Positions 24,979 to 36,947 of a stretch of 64,000 bases of DNA are shown here, piece after piece. The notes under the pieces are model-generated. The model ran no database searches and was not told where the DNA came from. It saw nothing but the letters and a program-made list of their open reading frames with translations. The DNA comes from Octopus bimaculoides (taxonomy: Eukaryota). Within the stretch, counting starts at the first letter, position 1, and each line of letters starts with the position of its first letter. Position numbers and translations under genes: made by a program. The DNA lies in assembly GCF_001194135.2 (NCBI RefSeq), contig NC_068996.1, forward strand, positions 7,329,055 through 7,393,054, in the 5' to 3' direction.

Positions 24979-25025
<47 letters not shown>

Positions 25026-25576
25026 ATATGTTTGTGTCTGTTTTTGTCCCCCAACATCGCTTGACAACCGATGCTGGTGCGTTTACGTCCCCGTAACTTA
25101 GCGGGCCACAGTCAAATGACTGAAACAAGTAAAAGAGTAAAAGAAAAAGAGTTATATACCTGAAAATATAGTAACACCTTTTCTTCTTTAACTAAAATGC
25201 TCTCACACAAAAACTGAAATGACAATTTTTACAATCACAGATACATTCAGGCTTCTGTGTGACTTTAATCTATCAATTTCACTTACAAGGTATTGCTTGG
25301 TCTGAAGTAAAAGAAGACATTTGCTCAGATTACATACAGTAGGACTGAACCAAAGACTATGTAATTGCAAAGCAAACTTTTTCAACTATGCACCCATACC
25401 TGTATCTACCTGTATATTTATTTCTGTAAGGTGGTACATTGATAAAATTATTAGAGCACTGGATAAAATATCTTGTGATATTCTGCTCCCTTGGACACGA
25501 TTCATATTTTGCTAAAATCAACTTTGTCTTTCTTTTTAATTTGATAGAGTACCAGTTTAGCACTAAAGTCAGTGAT

Positions 25577-25615
<39 letters not shown>

Positions 25616-25630
25616 ATATATATATATATA

Positions 25631-26160
25631 TCATCATCGTTTAACGTCCGCTTTCCATGCTAGCATGGGTTGGACGATTTGACTGAGGACTGGTGAACCA
25701 GATGGCTATACCAGGCTCCAATCTGATATAGCAGAGTTTCTACAGTTGGATGCCCTTCCTAATGCCAACCACTCCGAGAGTGTAGTGGGTGCTTTTATGT
25801 GCCACCGGCACAAAGGCCAGTCAGGCAGTACTGGCAATGGCCATGCTCAAAATGGTGTATTTTATGTGCCACCTGCACAGGAGCCAGTCCAGTGGCACTG
25901 GCAACGATCTCGCTCGAATGTCTTTACACGTGCCACCGGCACAAGTGCCAGGAAGCCGACGCTGGGCACAGGTGCCATCACGATTTTGCTTTCGCTTGCC
26001 CCAACAGGTCTTCGCAAGCCAAGTTTAGTGTCCAATGAAGGAGACGACGTTGGCATGGGTGCCAGTCGTCGAATTTAGTTCAATTTTGATTTCACTTGCT
26101 TCAACAAGTCTTTGCAAGTGGAGTTTAGTGTCCAATAAAGGAAGGTACACATAAGTGGGC
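25631..26160 (-). mobile_element. RTE 3'-UTR-derived element (family C)
   Basis: As above. Confidence 0.85.
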
Positions 26161-26870
26161 TGGCTACACCCATGGCAGAGGTCCAGGTTCAGTCCCACTA
26201 CATGGCACCTACCTGGGTCAAGTATCTTCTACTATTGCCTAGGCCGACCAAAGCCTTGTTTGGTAGATGGAAACTGAGAGAAGCCTGTTGTGTGTGTGTG
26301 TGTGTGTGTGTGTTACTGTCACCTTGCCTTATCACATGGTAGTTGTAAATGCATGTCACTTTCATTTCCAATATTCTGTGCAAACATGTCTGGTCATGGA
26401 CAAATATCATCTTACTTGGAAGCAGGTGAGGGTTGGTAACAACAAGACAGCTAGCTATAGTAAATCTGCCTGAACAGATTCTGTCTGACCCACATGAGCA
26501 TGAAAAAGTGGACATTAAAATGATGTTGTTGATGATAGTTTTAACATTTATCCTTCCTGAATCTAGAAAATAATGGCACAAGTGCTGAGGAATGGATTTG
26601 GTGAAATTGTTAGTGGTAGATCATATAGCTTGCAGTTTTTGTTCTGTTAGTTTACGTTAAGTTCATTTGCAAAGACACTGGTACCAAGCCAACCAACTTT
26701 GCATTTCTCATTATGCAATATTGGTGACAAAAAGAAGGAAGATTTGCTGTGGAGGCATCCACTGGTTTTAAATAGTTTAACATTATCTGAAGGCACAGGT
26801 TTATATCAGTGTGTTCTGTTGAATACCTGTTGATCAAAAATGGTGTAGGAAGCACATGAAAAACAAAAAA

Positions 26871-27243
26871 TTAGCTTGCTTACCAACGACATGGTCCTGG
26901 GTTCATTCCCACTGCATGGTACCTTGGGCAAGTGTCTTCTACTATAGCCTCAGGCCAACCAAAGCCTTGTGAGTGGATTTGGTAGACAAAAACTGAAAGC
27001 AACCCGTTGTATATATGTACATATGTATGTATGTGTGTGTTTATGTTTGTGTGTCTGTGTTTGTCCCCTAACATCACTTGACAACCGATGCTGGTGTGTT
27101 TAGGTCCCCGTAACTTAGAGGTTCGGCAAAAGAAACTGATACAATAAGTACTAGGCTTACAAAGAATAAGTCCTGGGGTCGATTTGTTTGTCTAAAGGTG
27201 GTGCTCCAGCATGGCCACAGTCAAATGACTGAAACGAATAAAA
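26871..27243 (+). mobile_element. SINE family A, 5' clipped
   Basis: As other copies. Confidence 0.85.
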
Positions 27244-27411
27244 TAATACACAATTATGTGGTTCAGTTTCTCTGTCTAAATACTAATATATACTCATATT
27301 TGTATATCTACAAACCAATGTATCAATGTTCTATACTGATATATTTTCATGTCTTATATTGATTCTGTGTAATTCAATGTTAATTAAATTCTTTTATTGC
27401 TGTTCTTTCAG

Positions 27412-27495
27412 ACAATCGGACCGTGGCTAGCTTGATTGAACAATATGATGCAGAGAATAAAAAGTACACAGTCACCCACCAGGAAAAGAAACAAA
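27412..27495 (+). CDS. Internal coding exon, 84 nt, phase 1-1, of an unidentified + strand gene (xNRTVASLIEQYDAENKKYTVTHQEKKQ)
   Basis: Acceptor ttcttttattgctgttctttcag, donor AAA|gtaagt, length divisible by 3, only the phase-1 frame is open, non-repetitive sequence. Protein not recognised. Confidence 0.7.
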
Positions 27496-27536
27496 GTAAG
27501 TTAGAATTCGATATATTTTTTTTTTTTACACTTTCT

Positions 27537-27800
27537 GTTTATTGCACAAGATAACATCTGTTCTGTTCATTTTGTTGTGCAAGATAACATCTAGCCTGTT
27601 CACTTTGTGTTTATTGTACAAAGTAACGTCTGGCCTATTCATTTTATGTTTATGGTACAAGATCATAGCTAGTGTGTTCATTTTGTACAAGATACCATCT
27701 GGTTCACTTTGTGTTTATCATAAAAGATAACATCTATTTTTTACAGTTGGTGTTTATTGTACAAGATGACCTTTAGCGTGTTCACCTTGTTTATTGCACA
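27537..27800. repeat. Degenerate minisatellite, unit about 35-45 bp, about 7 copies
   Basis: Recurring tgtttattgtacaagataacatct..gttcactttg. Confidence 0.75.
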
Positions 27801-29474
27801 ACATTTGAACTGTTGACCATTGAGACATCTAAAAAATAACAATTCAACAATGCTACAACAACATTAATCAAACCAGTTGTGGGCAAGCTACAGGCTATGT
27901 AGCTTTCTAAGTAGCATGCGTAATATAAAATTACCTCAGTTTTTTTGCAGAGCAGCCTGCCTGATGAGCCATGTCTGGTGTTGCCTACTTCTTGAAAAAA
28001 GTTACCTATGCTGAATTAATCATTTGATGTTTTGTCACTTGGTCTAGACTAGTGGTGGTGGACCTATAGCATACATATCCACAGTGACAAACTGTAGACT
28101 TTTAGGTGGTACATGATAAACTTTGAGAAGAAAAATTATCTCCGTTGTATCATGTTGTCACAAAAATATATTTACAAACGTTTGCCTAAAACTAAAACAC
28201 TTGTATTCACACAAGTAACATCTCTAAAGAACAAAATGACAAAAGAAATTGACATTTCAACATGCCATGCTAAAATGGCTTATCATCACTGTTCTTGTAG
28301 ATATGACATGAAAATAGTAAATATAAGACTGAAGTTGTTGTGCACCTAGCTTTCGTTTAATGGTAATGGGAAAATGATAGATAGATCTATGGTATCTTAA
28401 CAGGAACTAGTTGACTATTATCACAAGTATTATTGCTCATATGGTTTTGATATTTTTTTCTTCCCCTTACAGTTAAGCTGAGGTAGTGAAAAATCAAAAT
28501 TAGTTGTCGTGTCTTAAGTATATAAAACAATAAACTGCTTTCAGTGAATTTCATCTCAATCAATGAAGCAGCAGTATAATGCTTAATCTGTTTCTTTCAT
28601 TTCAACATCAATAACCACTAGATCCAAGCAGTGTGCCACCTTGCACATTCCCCCACTTTAATTGTAGCAATTGTGACTGTGGCAACGCATATATACATGG
28701 GTTTTTTTTTCCTGTTTTTCTTTGTCTTTTTTTTAATATTTTTTATTTCACTCCCTTCAGCTTTTTTAGGTGTTTCACTTCCTGTTTTTCACACTCATGC
28801 GAGAAAAAGAACTATTGTTTGCATCAGTCTGCCTGATTGCCAATAATTTCTGCTTCTAATACACAGTTGAGTGATTAACTGTACAAAGAGCACTCAGCTG
28901 CAAAATCCATAAACCACAACAAAAGAAATGGAAAAGAGAGAAAAGCTATTCCACCCATATAAATATGAAAACCTGGACATATTAATGCAGCAAGAATTAA
29001 AAAAAAAAGAAATGAGCAGTCATTTTCACTCCACCTTTCTCTCTTCTACCTCCTCCTCTGTCTCCTCTCTCTCCTCTCTCTCCTCCTCCTCTCTCTCCTC
29101 CACCTCCTCTCTGTCCCTCCTCCTCCTCCTCTCCCTTTCTCTTTTTCAGTTGCTCTTTCTCATACATCCTCAGACACACACATGCACACATTCTTGTTCA
29201 CGTGCACTTTCACTCACTCAGTCATACATATTTGCACAAGCATACCCACTCATTCTTTAGCTCTGGTTCACTCTCTCTCTCTTTCTCTCACTTCTTAAAT
29301 CGATTGATCAATTGATCACGCATTCTTACAGTGACTTCCTCATTTCCATGCACACACAGACAGTAGAGACACACACACACACACACACACGTAATCAAAT
29401 GAAGTAATTAAAACCAGACTAATTTCTTATTTATTCTCTCACCATATATTAATTATATTATGAAGCAGTAATGG

Positions 29475-30010
29475 GGTGGAGGAATGTAAAAGACAAGAAG
29501 TTGGTTCTTGGATTTGTCGATCTTGAGAAAGCTTTTAATAGGGTTCCGCATGGGGTGGTAAAAAGGACATTTGGTTGAATAGGAATGGAAGTATAGTTGG
29601 CTAGGTTAGTGATGTTGATGTATGAGAGAGGGTGCATAGAATTGGTAAGGATTAGAATAGTTGAATTTGAAATGAAGGTTGGAATTGAACAAGAGTCAAT
29701 ATAAAGACCACTACTATTTGTAGTTGTATTGATGGTGGAAGCATAAAAGAGAGTTTCTGTACACAGATGATCTTGTGTTAATAGCAGATACTATGAAGTG
29801 AAGGAGAGGCTGAAAATAGGTGAAAGGATACAGAAGTGAATGACATGAATGTGATTATTAAAGACAGGGCTATATGGCAAGGATTAAAATATATGGTAAG
29901 GCACAGAAGAACAGAAATGACCATGTGCAGTATGCAGTGGAGATGCTGGAGTAAATTCCATTAAATGTACATTATTTTTTGGATAGGTTCAACACAAATT
30001 TATCATCAAA
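29475..30010 (+). mobile_element. Decayed RTE-type reverse transcriptase fragment
   Basis: FVDLEKAFNRVP, PLLF and LYTDDLVLIAD motifs recognisable across stops and frameshifts. Confidence 0.75.
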
Positions 30011-31391
30011 CAGTCCAACGATGGCTTAATTGGATGAAACTTTGAAGTCATTGTTAATAAATATTCTTTTTTAAGAATATAATGTGTGTGTGTGTGGGGG
30101 GGGGTACAGTATAGCTGTGTGGTAAGAAGCTTGCTTCCGAGCCACATGTTGGAGGTTCAGTCCCAATGCATGTTACCTTTGGTCCCAATGCATGTCACCC
30201 AAACATCAGATGGGTTTGTTTCTGTTTCCATCTATTCTGCCACCAAATCCACTCAGGTCTTTGGTTAGCTGAGGGATATAACAGAAAACACTTGCACAAG
30301 GTGCCATCCTTTGAGATCGAACCCAAAACTATGTAATTGTGAAGCAAACTTCTTAACCATACACACACATACACAAAGGGGGGGAAAAAAAAAAGAAAAA
30401 ACAGAATCCTTGAGATATTTTTTCAGCACTGAGTTGCAGATACTCCCTTGTTGCTGTCGCCATCAGAAATGTAGCAAGTGATTTGGCTTGTTGTAACCAA
30501 TGAAGATGTTGTTTGCCAATATAGATATGAGATGAATAAAGGTGTCAGGTTTATTATCTGGCACTAAAGTAACTTTTCTTCAGTGACTGAGACTGAGAGG
30601 AAGAGAGGTAGGAATGGAGCAGGAAGTGATGGTTGTTTATGACTTCCATTACNNNNNNNNNNNNNNNNNNNNNNNNNNNNNNNNNNNNNNNNNNNNNNNN
30701 NNNNNNNNNNNNNNNNNNNNNNNNNNNNNNNNNNNNNNNNNNNNNNNNNNNNNNNNNNNNNNNNNNNNNNNNNNNNNNNNNNNNNNNNNNNNNNNNNNNN
30801 NNNNNNNNNNNNNNNNNNNNNNNNNNNNNNNNNNNNNNNNNNNNNNNNNNNNNNNNNNNNNNNNNNNNNNNNNNNNNNNNNNNNNNNNNNNNNNNNNNNN
30901 NNNNNNNNNNNNNNNNNNNNNNNNNNNNNNNNNNNNNNNNNNNNNNNNNNNNNNNNNNNNNNNNNNNNNNNNNNNNNNNNNNNNNNNNNNNNNNNNNNNN
31001 NNNNNNNNNNNNNNNNNNNNNNNNNNNNNNNNNNNNNNNNNNNNNNNNNNNNNNNNNNNNNNNNNNNNNNNNNNNNNNNNNNNNNNNNNNNNNNNNNNNN
31101 NNNNNNNNNNNNNNNNNNNNNNNNNNNNNNNNNNNNNNNNNNNNNNNNNNNNNNNNNNNNNNNNNNNNNNNNNNNNNNNNNNNNNNNNNNNNNNNNNNNN
31201 NNNNNNNNNNNNNNNNNNNNNNNNNNNNNNNNNNNNNNNNNNNNNNNNNNNNNNNNNNNNNNNNNNNNNNNNNNNNNNNNNNNNNNNNNNNNNNNNNNNN
31301 NNNNNNNNNNNNNNNNNNNNNNNNNNNNNNNNNNNNNNNNNNNNNNNNNNNNNNNNNNNNNNNNNNNNNNNNNNNNNNNNNNNNNNNNNNN

Positions 31392-31425
<34 letters not shown>

Positions 31426-31844
31426 TGTACAAAATAGTTTATATAGCATTATTATATAGCTTCGAAGTTTCGGGTGGTTTCTTTTTTTTTTCCTTTTTTT
31501 TTTTGTAAAAAAAAAATGTTTCCATTATGAAGATTCAAAATACTTTAGTAGCAGCAGCAGTAGTAGTACTAATAGAAATAGTAATACTAGTAATCAAACT
31601 ATTTTTGTGTAGTTTCTTAACATAAGCATTTCCTTATTCGTTTAGTGTTTTTTCTCGTTTCTTTTCTCATCTCTCTCTCATTCTTTCTTTGCCTCATCTT
31701 TTCTGTCTTCATCTTTTTCTTCTACTTAATTCATGTCATTTTCTTTTCATATCTATATACATTATCTGTGTTAAACTGTTTTTGACTTCTTTTTTTTTTT
31801 TCATATTTTCTATTTTTTTTTTACCTTTGTTTATTCTTCTTCAG

Positions 31845-31889
31845 TTTTCAAGAAAGCTAACATAATGATGATAGTGGTGATGATTGCAG
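31845..31889 (+). CDS. Candidate 45-nt cassette exon, phase 1-1 (xFKKANIMMIVVMIA)
   Basis: Very long pyrimidine tract ending ttcttcttcag, donor CAG|gtacat; only phase 1 is open, matching the 84-nt exon. Confidence 0.45.
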
Positions 31890-32274
31890 GTACATGTGTG
31901 TGTATATGGTTATATACATGCAAAGATGCATTGTGTATATTTGCTTATTTTCACATCATTTTATGTGTGTGTGTATGTATGTGCATGGGATGGTGTGAAT
32001 ACATGTGTCCATGTGTGATGATGTGAGTACATGTGATGGCAAGGCACTGTGTAATTGTTTGTGCATATGGTGCATGACTGTATGTATGCATGTAATCTGA
32101 GGGTGCTGTGTATTTGTGCTATGTGTGTGTGTATGTATGTATATGATAGTATGTGATACTCTCTGTAAGTTGAGATATATATATATGCATGTTTTTGTAT
32201 ACACATAGACATATCTATACAGACATAGATACTCATTTACATTGAAGAATGTAGAGATAGATAGTGCTGGTGTA

Positions 32275-32430
32275 GATAGACAGACAGATAGATGGTCAGA
32301 CAGATAGATAGAGAGATGGACAGACAGATAGATAGATGGACAGACAAATAGATGGAGAGGTGGACAGACAGATAGATAGAGAGATGGACAAACAGATGGA
32401 TGGATGGATGGATAGATAGATAGATAGTGC
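32275..32430. repeat. (GATA/GACA/GATG)n compound microsatellite
   Basis: Direct inspection. Confidence 0.9.
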
Positions 32431-32641
32431 TCCATCTGTGTACATAAATAATGCTCTCTCTCTATCCATTTTTTGTACCTTGTCACAACACACCTGTTAA
32501 CAAATCCTGTTCAATACAAATCTTTGATCCCATTCTACCTCTTCCTTACATTAACTCTTTGAACTTGAGAAAAAATTTCACATATTTTAATTACATTTGC
32601 TGTTGATCTGTCTAGTTATTTGTTTTCTTGTCTTTCTGCAG

Positions 32642-32647
32642 AAACCA
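32642..32647 (+). CDS. Candidate 6-nt microexon (AAACCA)
   Basis: tttgttttcttgtctttctgcag|AAACCA|gtatgt; frame-preserving. An upstream AG and a GT-rich downstream tract weaken the call. Confidence 0.3.
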
Positions 32648-32909
32648 GTATGTGTACGTGTGTGTGTATGTGTGTACATACATACACATGTATGTGCTGG
32701 AATGTAAGCTACATAATTTTTTGGTTGTAGCTAGCAATTCTTTGTTGTTGTTTTTTATTACTTTTTGTAAAAAATCTAACATTAGTTTGCGTTTTAATCA
32801 ACTAAAAGCAATTTGTTTCTTAATAAGAAGTTCCTCCTTTATTTTTATGTTATCAATCTTAGACTTGGTTGAGAGAGAAAGAATATATATATATATATAT
32901 ATATATATA

Positions 32910-33143
32910 CTTTATTTAAAAGCAGCAGAAATATAACAAAAAAAACGTTACTCTGAGTTTCACGTTCCCGTTCATCGGACAGTTTTGTTAGAAAATGTTA
33001 GAAAATCATTTTCTAACAAAACTGTCCGATGAACGGGAACATGAAACTCAGAGTAATGGTTTTTTTGTTATATTTCTGCTGCTTTTAAATAAAGCATATT
33101 ACTCTACCTCTGGTATTTGAGTACTCTTTTTTCCACCTTGTTG
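32910..33143. mobile_element. Fold-back element: 88-bp inverted repeat (85/88 matches, 9-nt spacer), each arm with a hammerhead-like motif; starts after (TA)n and runs into a gap
   Basis: Arm 1 at 32910-32997 and arm 2 at 33007-33094, aligned by hand. Confidence 0.85.
33018..33063 (+). ncRNA. Type I hammerhead-like motif with CCGATGA core (mirror copy on - strand at 32941-32986)
   Basis: aaaactgt-CCGATGA-acgGGAAcat-GAAA-ctCAGag-T-A-atggtttt. The minus-strand copy has a perfect stem II acg/cgt with a GGAA loop. Confidence 0.55.
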
Positions 33144-33308
33144 NNNNNNNNNNNNNNNNNNNNNNNNNNNNNNNNNNNNNNNNNNNNNNNNNNNNNNNNN
33201 NNNNNNNNNNNNNNNNNNNNNNNNNNNNNNNNNNNNNNNNNNNNNNNNNNNNNNNNNNNNNNNNNNNNNNNNNNNNNNNNNNNNNNNNNNNNNNNNNNNN
33301 NNNNNNNN

Positions 33309-33595
33309 ACAGTTGGATGCCCTTCCTAGCACCAACCACTCTGAGAGTGTAGTGGGTGCTTTTACGTGCCACCAGCATGAGGGCCAGTCAGGAGGTACTG
33401 GCAACGGCCACACTCAAAAGGTGTTTTTTACGTGCCACCTGCACGGGAGCCAGTCCAGCAGCACTGGCAACGACCTCGCTCGAATGATTTTCTAACGTGC
33501 CACCAGCACAAGTGCTAGAAGGCAACGCTGGTAATGATTACGCTCAAATGGTGCTATTTATGGGCCACTAGTACAGAAGCCAGACAGCTGCTTTG
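33309..33595 (-). mobile_element. RTE 3'-UTR-derived element (family C), 3' end in the gap; another short copy at 35851-35948
   Basis: As above. Confidence 0.8.
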
Positions 33596-33944
33596 GTGTG
33601 TGTGTGTGTGTGTGTGTACATGAAAATGAAAGTAGGACATGGAAATGATTAATGGAGAATAAAATACCTTTCATCAGCCATGGAGGCCAAAAATCAAAAA
33701 AGTTTTAGCATGTTTGAAGTCCAAAGATTTTATAAACACATACACACACACACACACACACATGCACATTCTGCCATTCTACTTTAAATTAGTTTAGCTT
33801 CACAATCTTATGGAATCGTAGAATTTTTTAGTATTGTGCTAATCATTTGAAGCATTTTGGGAAGAATAAATATTTGACAATTGTCTTTGTATTCTCAAAA
33901 CCTTCAGCACTTATGGCCAGTAAAAGAAATTGTTTTTTTTGTTT

Positions 33945-34084
33945 TTTTTGGTTGGGGGTCATTACATTGAGTTCAAATTCCACTGAAGTTAACTTTACCT
34001 TTTATCTTTCTGATGTCAATAGAATAAGGTACCACTCAAGTCTCTCTCCTCAAAACTGCTCACTTTGTGCCTAAATCAGAAACC

Positions 34085-34131
<47 letters not shown>

Positions 34132-35760
34132 GGCAGCATCAAGCTGGTGGAATCGTTAACACACTGGGCAAAATGCTTTGATATTTCATCCGTCTTTATG
34201 TTCTGAGTTCAAACTCTGCCAAGGTTTTACCTTTCATCCTTTTGGAGTCATTAAAATAAGTACCAGTTGAACACTGGGGTTGATTTAATTTACTAAGTCC
34301 CTCCCACCAAATTTCAGGCCTTGTGCCTATAGGTGAAAGGATTATTATTATTATTACGGTGGCAAGCCAACAATCGTTAGCACATTGGGCAAAATGCTAA
34401 GCAGCATTTCATCTGTTTGAGTTCAAATTCCACTGAGATCAATGTAATTGAATTAGCCCCTCTCCTGAAATTACTGGCCTTGTGTCAAAATTAGAAACCA
34501 TTATTATTTATAGTGTGCATGAATGTTTTACACTCAGAATCATGTCCTTAATACCAAATCACAACCAATTTCCTTAGATATCAAGAATCTTATAGTCCTT
34601 GTTGTTCCCAACGGAGCAGATTTCTGAATTAATACAACTCTCGTAGTTACACCAATCTCAATAAGGGTGCTTGTTAAGTCTATTGGTGACTGTGCCTGAG
34701 GCACCTATAACAACTGGAATTACTTTTGTAGAAACCCTTGTGTTATTATTAAGACAGCAAGCTGGCAGAATCGTTACCACACCAGGCAAAATTCTCAGTG
34801 ACAATTCATCCATCTTTACAGTCTGTGTTCAAATTCCACTAAGGTGACTTTGCCTTTCATCCAAGTTGATTAAATTAAGTACCAGTCAAGCACTGGGACA
34901 ATGTGATTGACTATCCCCCTCTCTTCAAATTCCAGGCCTTGTGTCTATAGTAGAAAGGATTATTATTATTATTATTATTATTATTAAGGTGATGAGCTGA
35001 CAGAACAGTTAGCACACTCAACAAAATGCATAGTAGCATTTCATCTGCCTTTATGATCTGAGTTCAAACTCTACTGAGGTCAACTAGCCCCCTCCACCAA
35101 CATTTCTCTGACCAGGCTCCCATGGCTTTTATGGGTTTTTCCCCGTGTAACCTTTCGAAGCGCCTCCCCCTATTGGGAGTTTTATTTGTTATATCTTTCT
35201 CTGTTTTTCCATTGTTTACACGAACGTTTTCTTTTCGGACAAAGCCTTTTGTAACATTCGTCCTGTCTTTGTCCTTACATGTTTTTAATTTATATTAGCC
35301 TTTGTGGCCAATAAAACCAGAATCAATTATTATTATTATTATTATTATTATTAATACTAAGGTAGTGAGCTGGCAAAATTGCATGCTGGGCAAAGTGCTT
35401 AGTAGCATTTTATCTGGCTTTACATTTTGAGTTCAAGTTCCAACACAATCAACTTTGTTTTTCATCCTTTTGGGGTTGATGAAACAAGTACCAGTTGAAC
35501 ACTGGTGTTGATGGATGTAATCAAATTACCCCCTCCCTGCATTTGATGAACTAGTGTCAAAATTTGAAACCATTATTATTATTATTATCATGAAGGCACT
35601 GGAAGAACCATTATAGCATCATTCATAATACCTTGTAATAACTTGCTCTAACACTTAATATTCTGAGTTCAAATGCTGCTGAAGTCAATTTTGCCTTTCA
35701 TTACTCTGGGTCTGTTAATATTATTGGGGGTTGATTGTATCAACTGCCTCATTCCCATAA
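33945..35760 (+). mobile_element. Head-to-tail array of about seven SINE family B copies
   Basis: Copies begin at about 33945, 34130, 34357, 34750, 34985, 35358 and 35590, separated by (ATT)n. Confidence 0.8.
35103..35325 (+). mobile_element. Unclassified CpG-retaining insertion ending in AATAAA plus (ATT)n (non-LTR 3' end-like)
   Basis: Interrupts a family B SINE; T-rich UTR-like body; ttgtggccAATAAAacc end. Confidence 0.4.
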
Positions 35761-36947
35761 ACTATTATTATTAGTCACTTTAACCCTGAGCCAAGCAAAC
35801 TCTTGTTAGTGGATTTGGTTGATGGAAAATGAAAGATTATATATATATATCATCATCATCATCATCGTTTAACGTCCGCTTTCCATGCTAGCATGGGTTG
35901 GACGATTTGACTGAGGACTGGTGAAACCGGATGGCAACACCAGGCTCCTATATATATANNNNNNNNNNNNNNNNNNNNNNNNNNNNNNNNNNNNNNNNNN
36001 NNNNNNNNNNNNNNNNNNNNNNNNNNNNNNNNNNNNNNNNNNNNNNNNNNNNNNNNNNNNNNNNNNNNNNNNNNNNNNNNNNNNNNNNNNNNNNNNNNNN
36101 NNNNNNNNNNNNNNNNNNNNNNNNNNNNNNNNNNNNNNNNNNNNNNNNNNNNNNNNNNNNNNNNNNNNNNNNNNNNNNNNNNNNNNNNNNNNNNNNNNNN
36201 NNNNNNNNNNNNNNNNNNNNNNNNNNNNNNNNNNNNNNNNNNNNNNNNNNNNNNNNNNNNNNNNNNNNNNNNNNNNNNNNNNNNNNNNNNNNNNNNNNNN
36301 NNNNNNNNNNNNNNNNNNNNNNNNNNNNNNNNNNNNNNNNNNNNNNNNNNNNNNNNNNNNNNNNNNNNNNNNNNNNNNNNNNNNNNNNNNNNNNNNNNNN
36401 NNNNNNNNNNNNNNNNNNNNNNNNNNNNNNNNNNNNNNNNNNNNNNNNNNNNNNNNNNNNNNNNNNNNNNNNNNNNNNNNNNNNNNNNNNNNNNNNNNNN
36501 NNNNNNNNNNNNNNNNNNNNNNNNNNNNNNNNNNNNNNNNNNNNNNNNNNNNNNNNNNNNNNNNNNNNNNNNNNNNNNNNNNNNNNNNNNNNNNNNNNNN
36601 NNNNNNNNNNNNNNNNNNNNNNNNNNNNNNNNNNNNNNNNNNNNNNNNNNNNNNNNNNNNNNNNNNNNNNNNNNNNNNNNNNNNNNNNNNNNNNNNNNNN
36701 NNNNNNNNNNNNNNNNNNNNNNNNNNNNNNNNNNNNNNNNNNNNNNNNNNNNNNNNNNNNNNNNNNNNNNNNNNNNNNNNNNNNNNNNNNNNNNNNNNNN
36801 NNNNNNNNNNNNNNNNNNNNNNNNNNNNNNNNNNNNNNNNNNNNNNNNNNNNNNNNNNNNNNNNNNNNNNNNNNNNNNNNNNNNNNNNNNNNNNNNNNNN
36901 NNNNNNNNNNNNNNNNNNNNNNNNNNNNNNNNNNNNNNNNNNNNNNT

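Larger units (their letters stand above)
24210..25143 (+). mobile_element. SINE family A split by the hammerhead-bearing insertion
   Basis: 5' half 24210-24337, 3' half 24979-25143. Confidence 0.8.
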
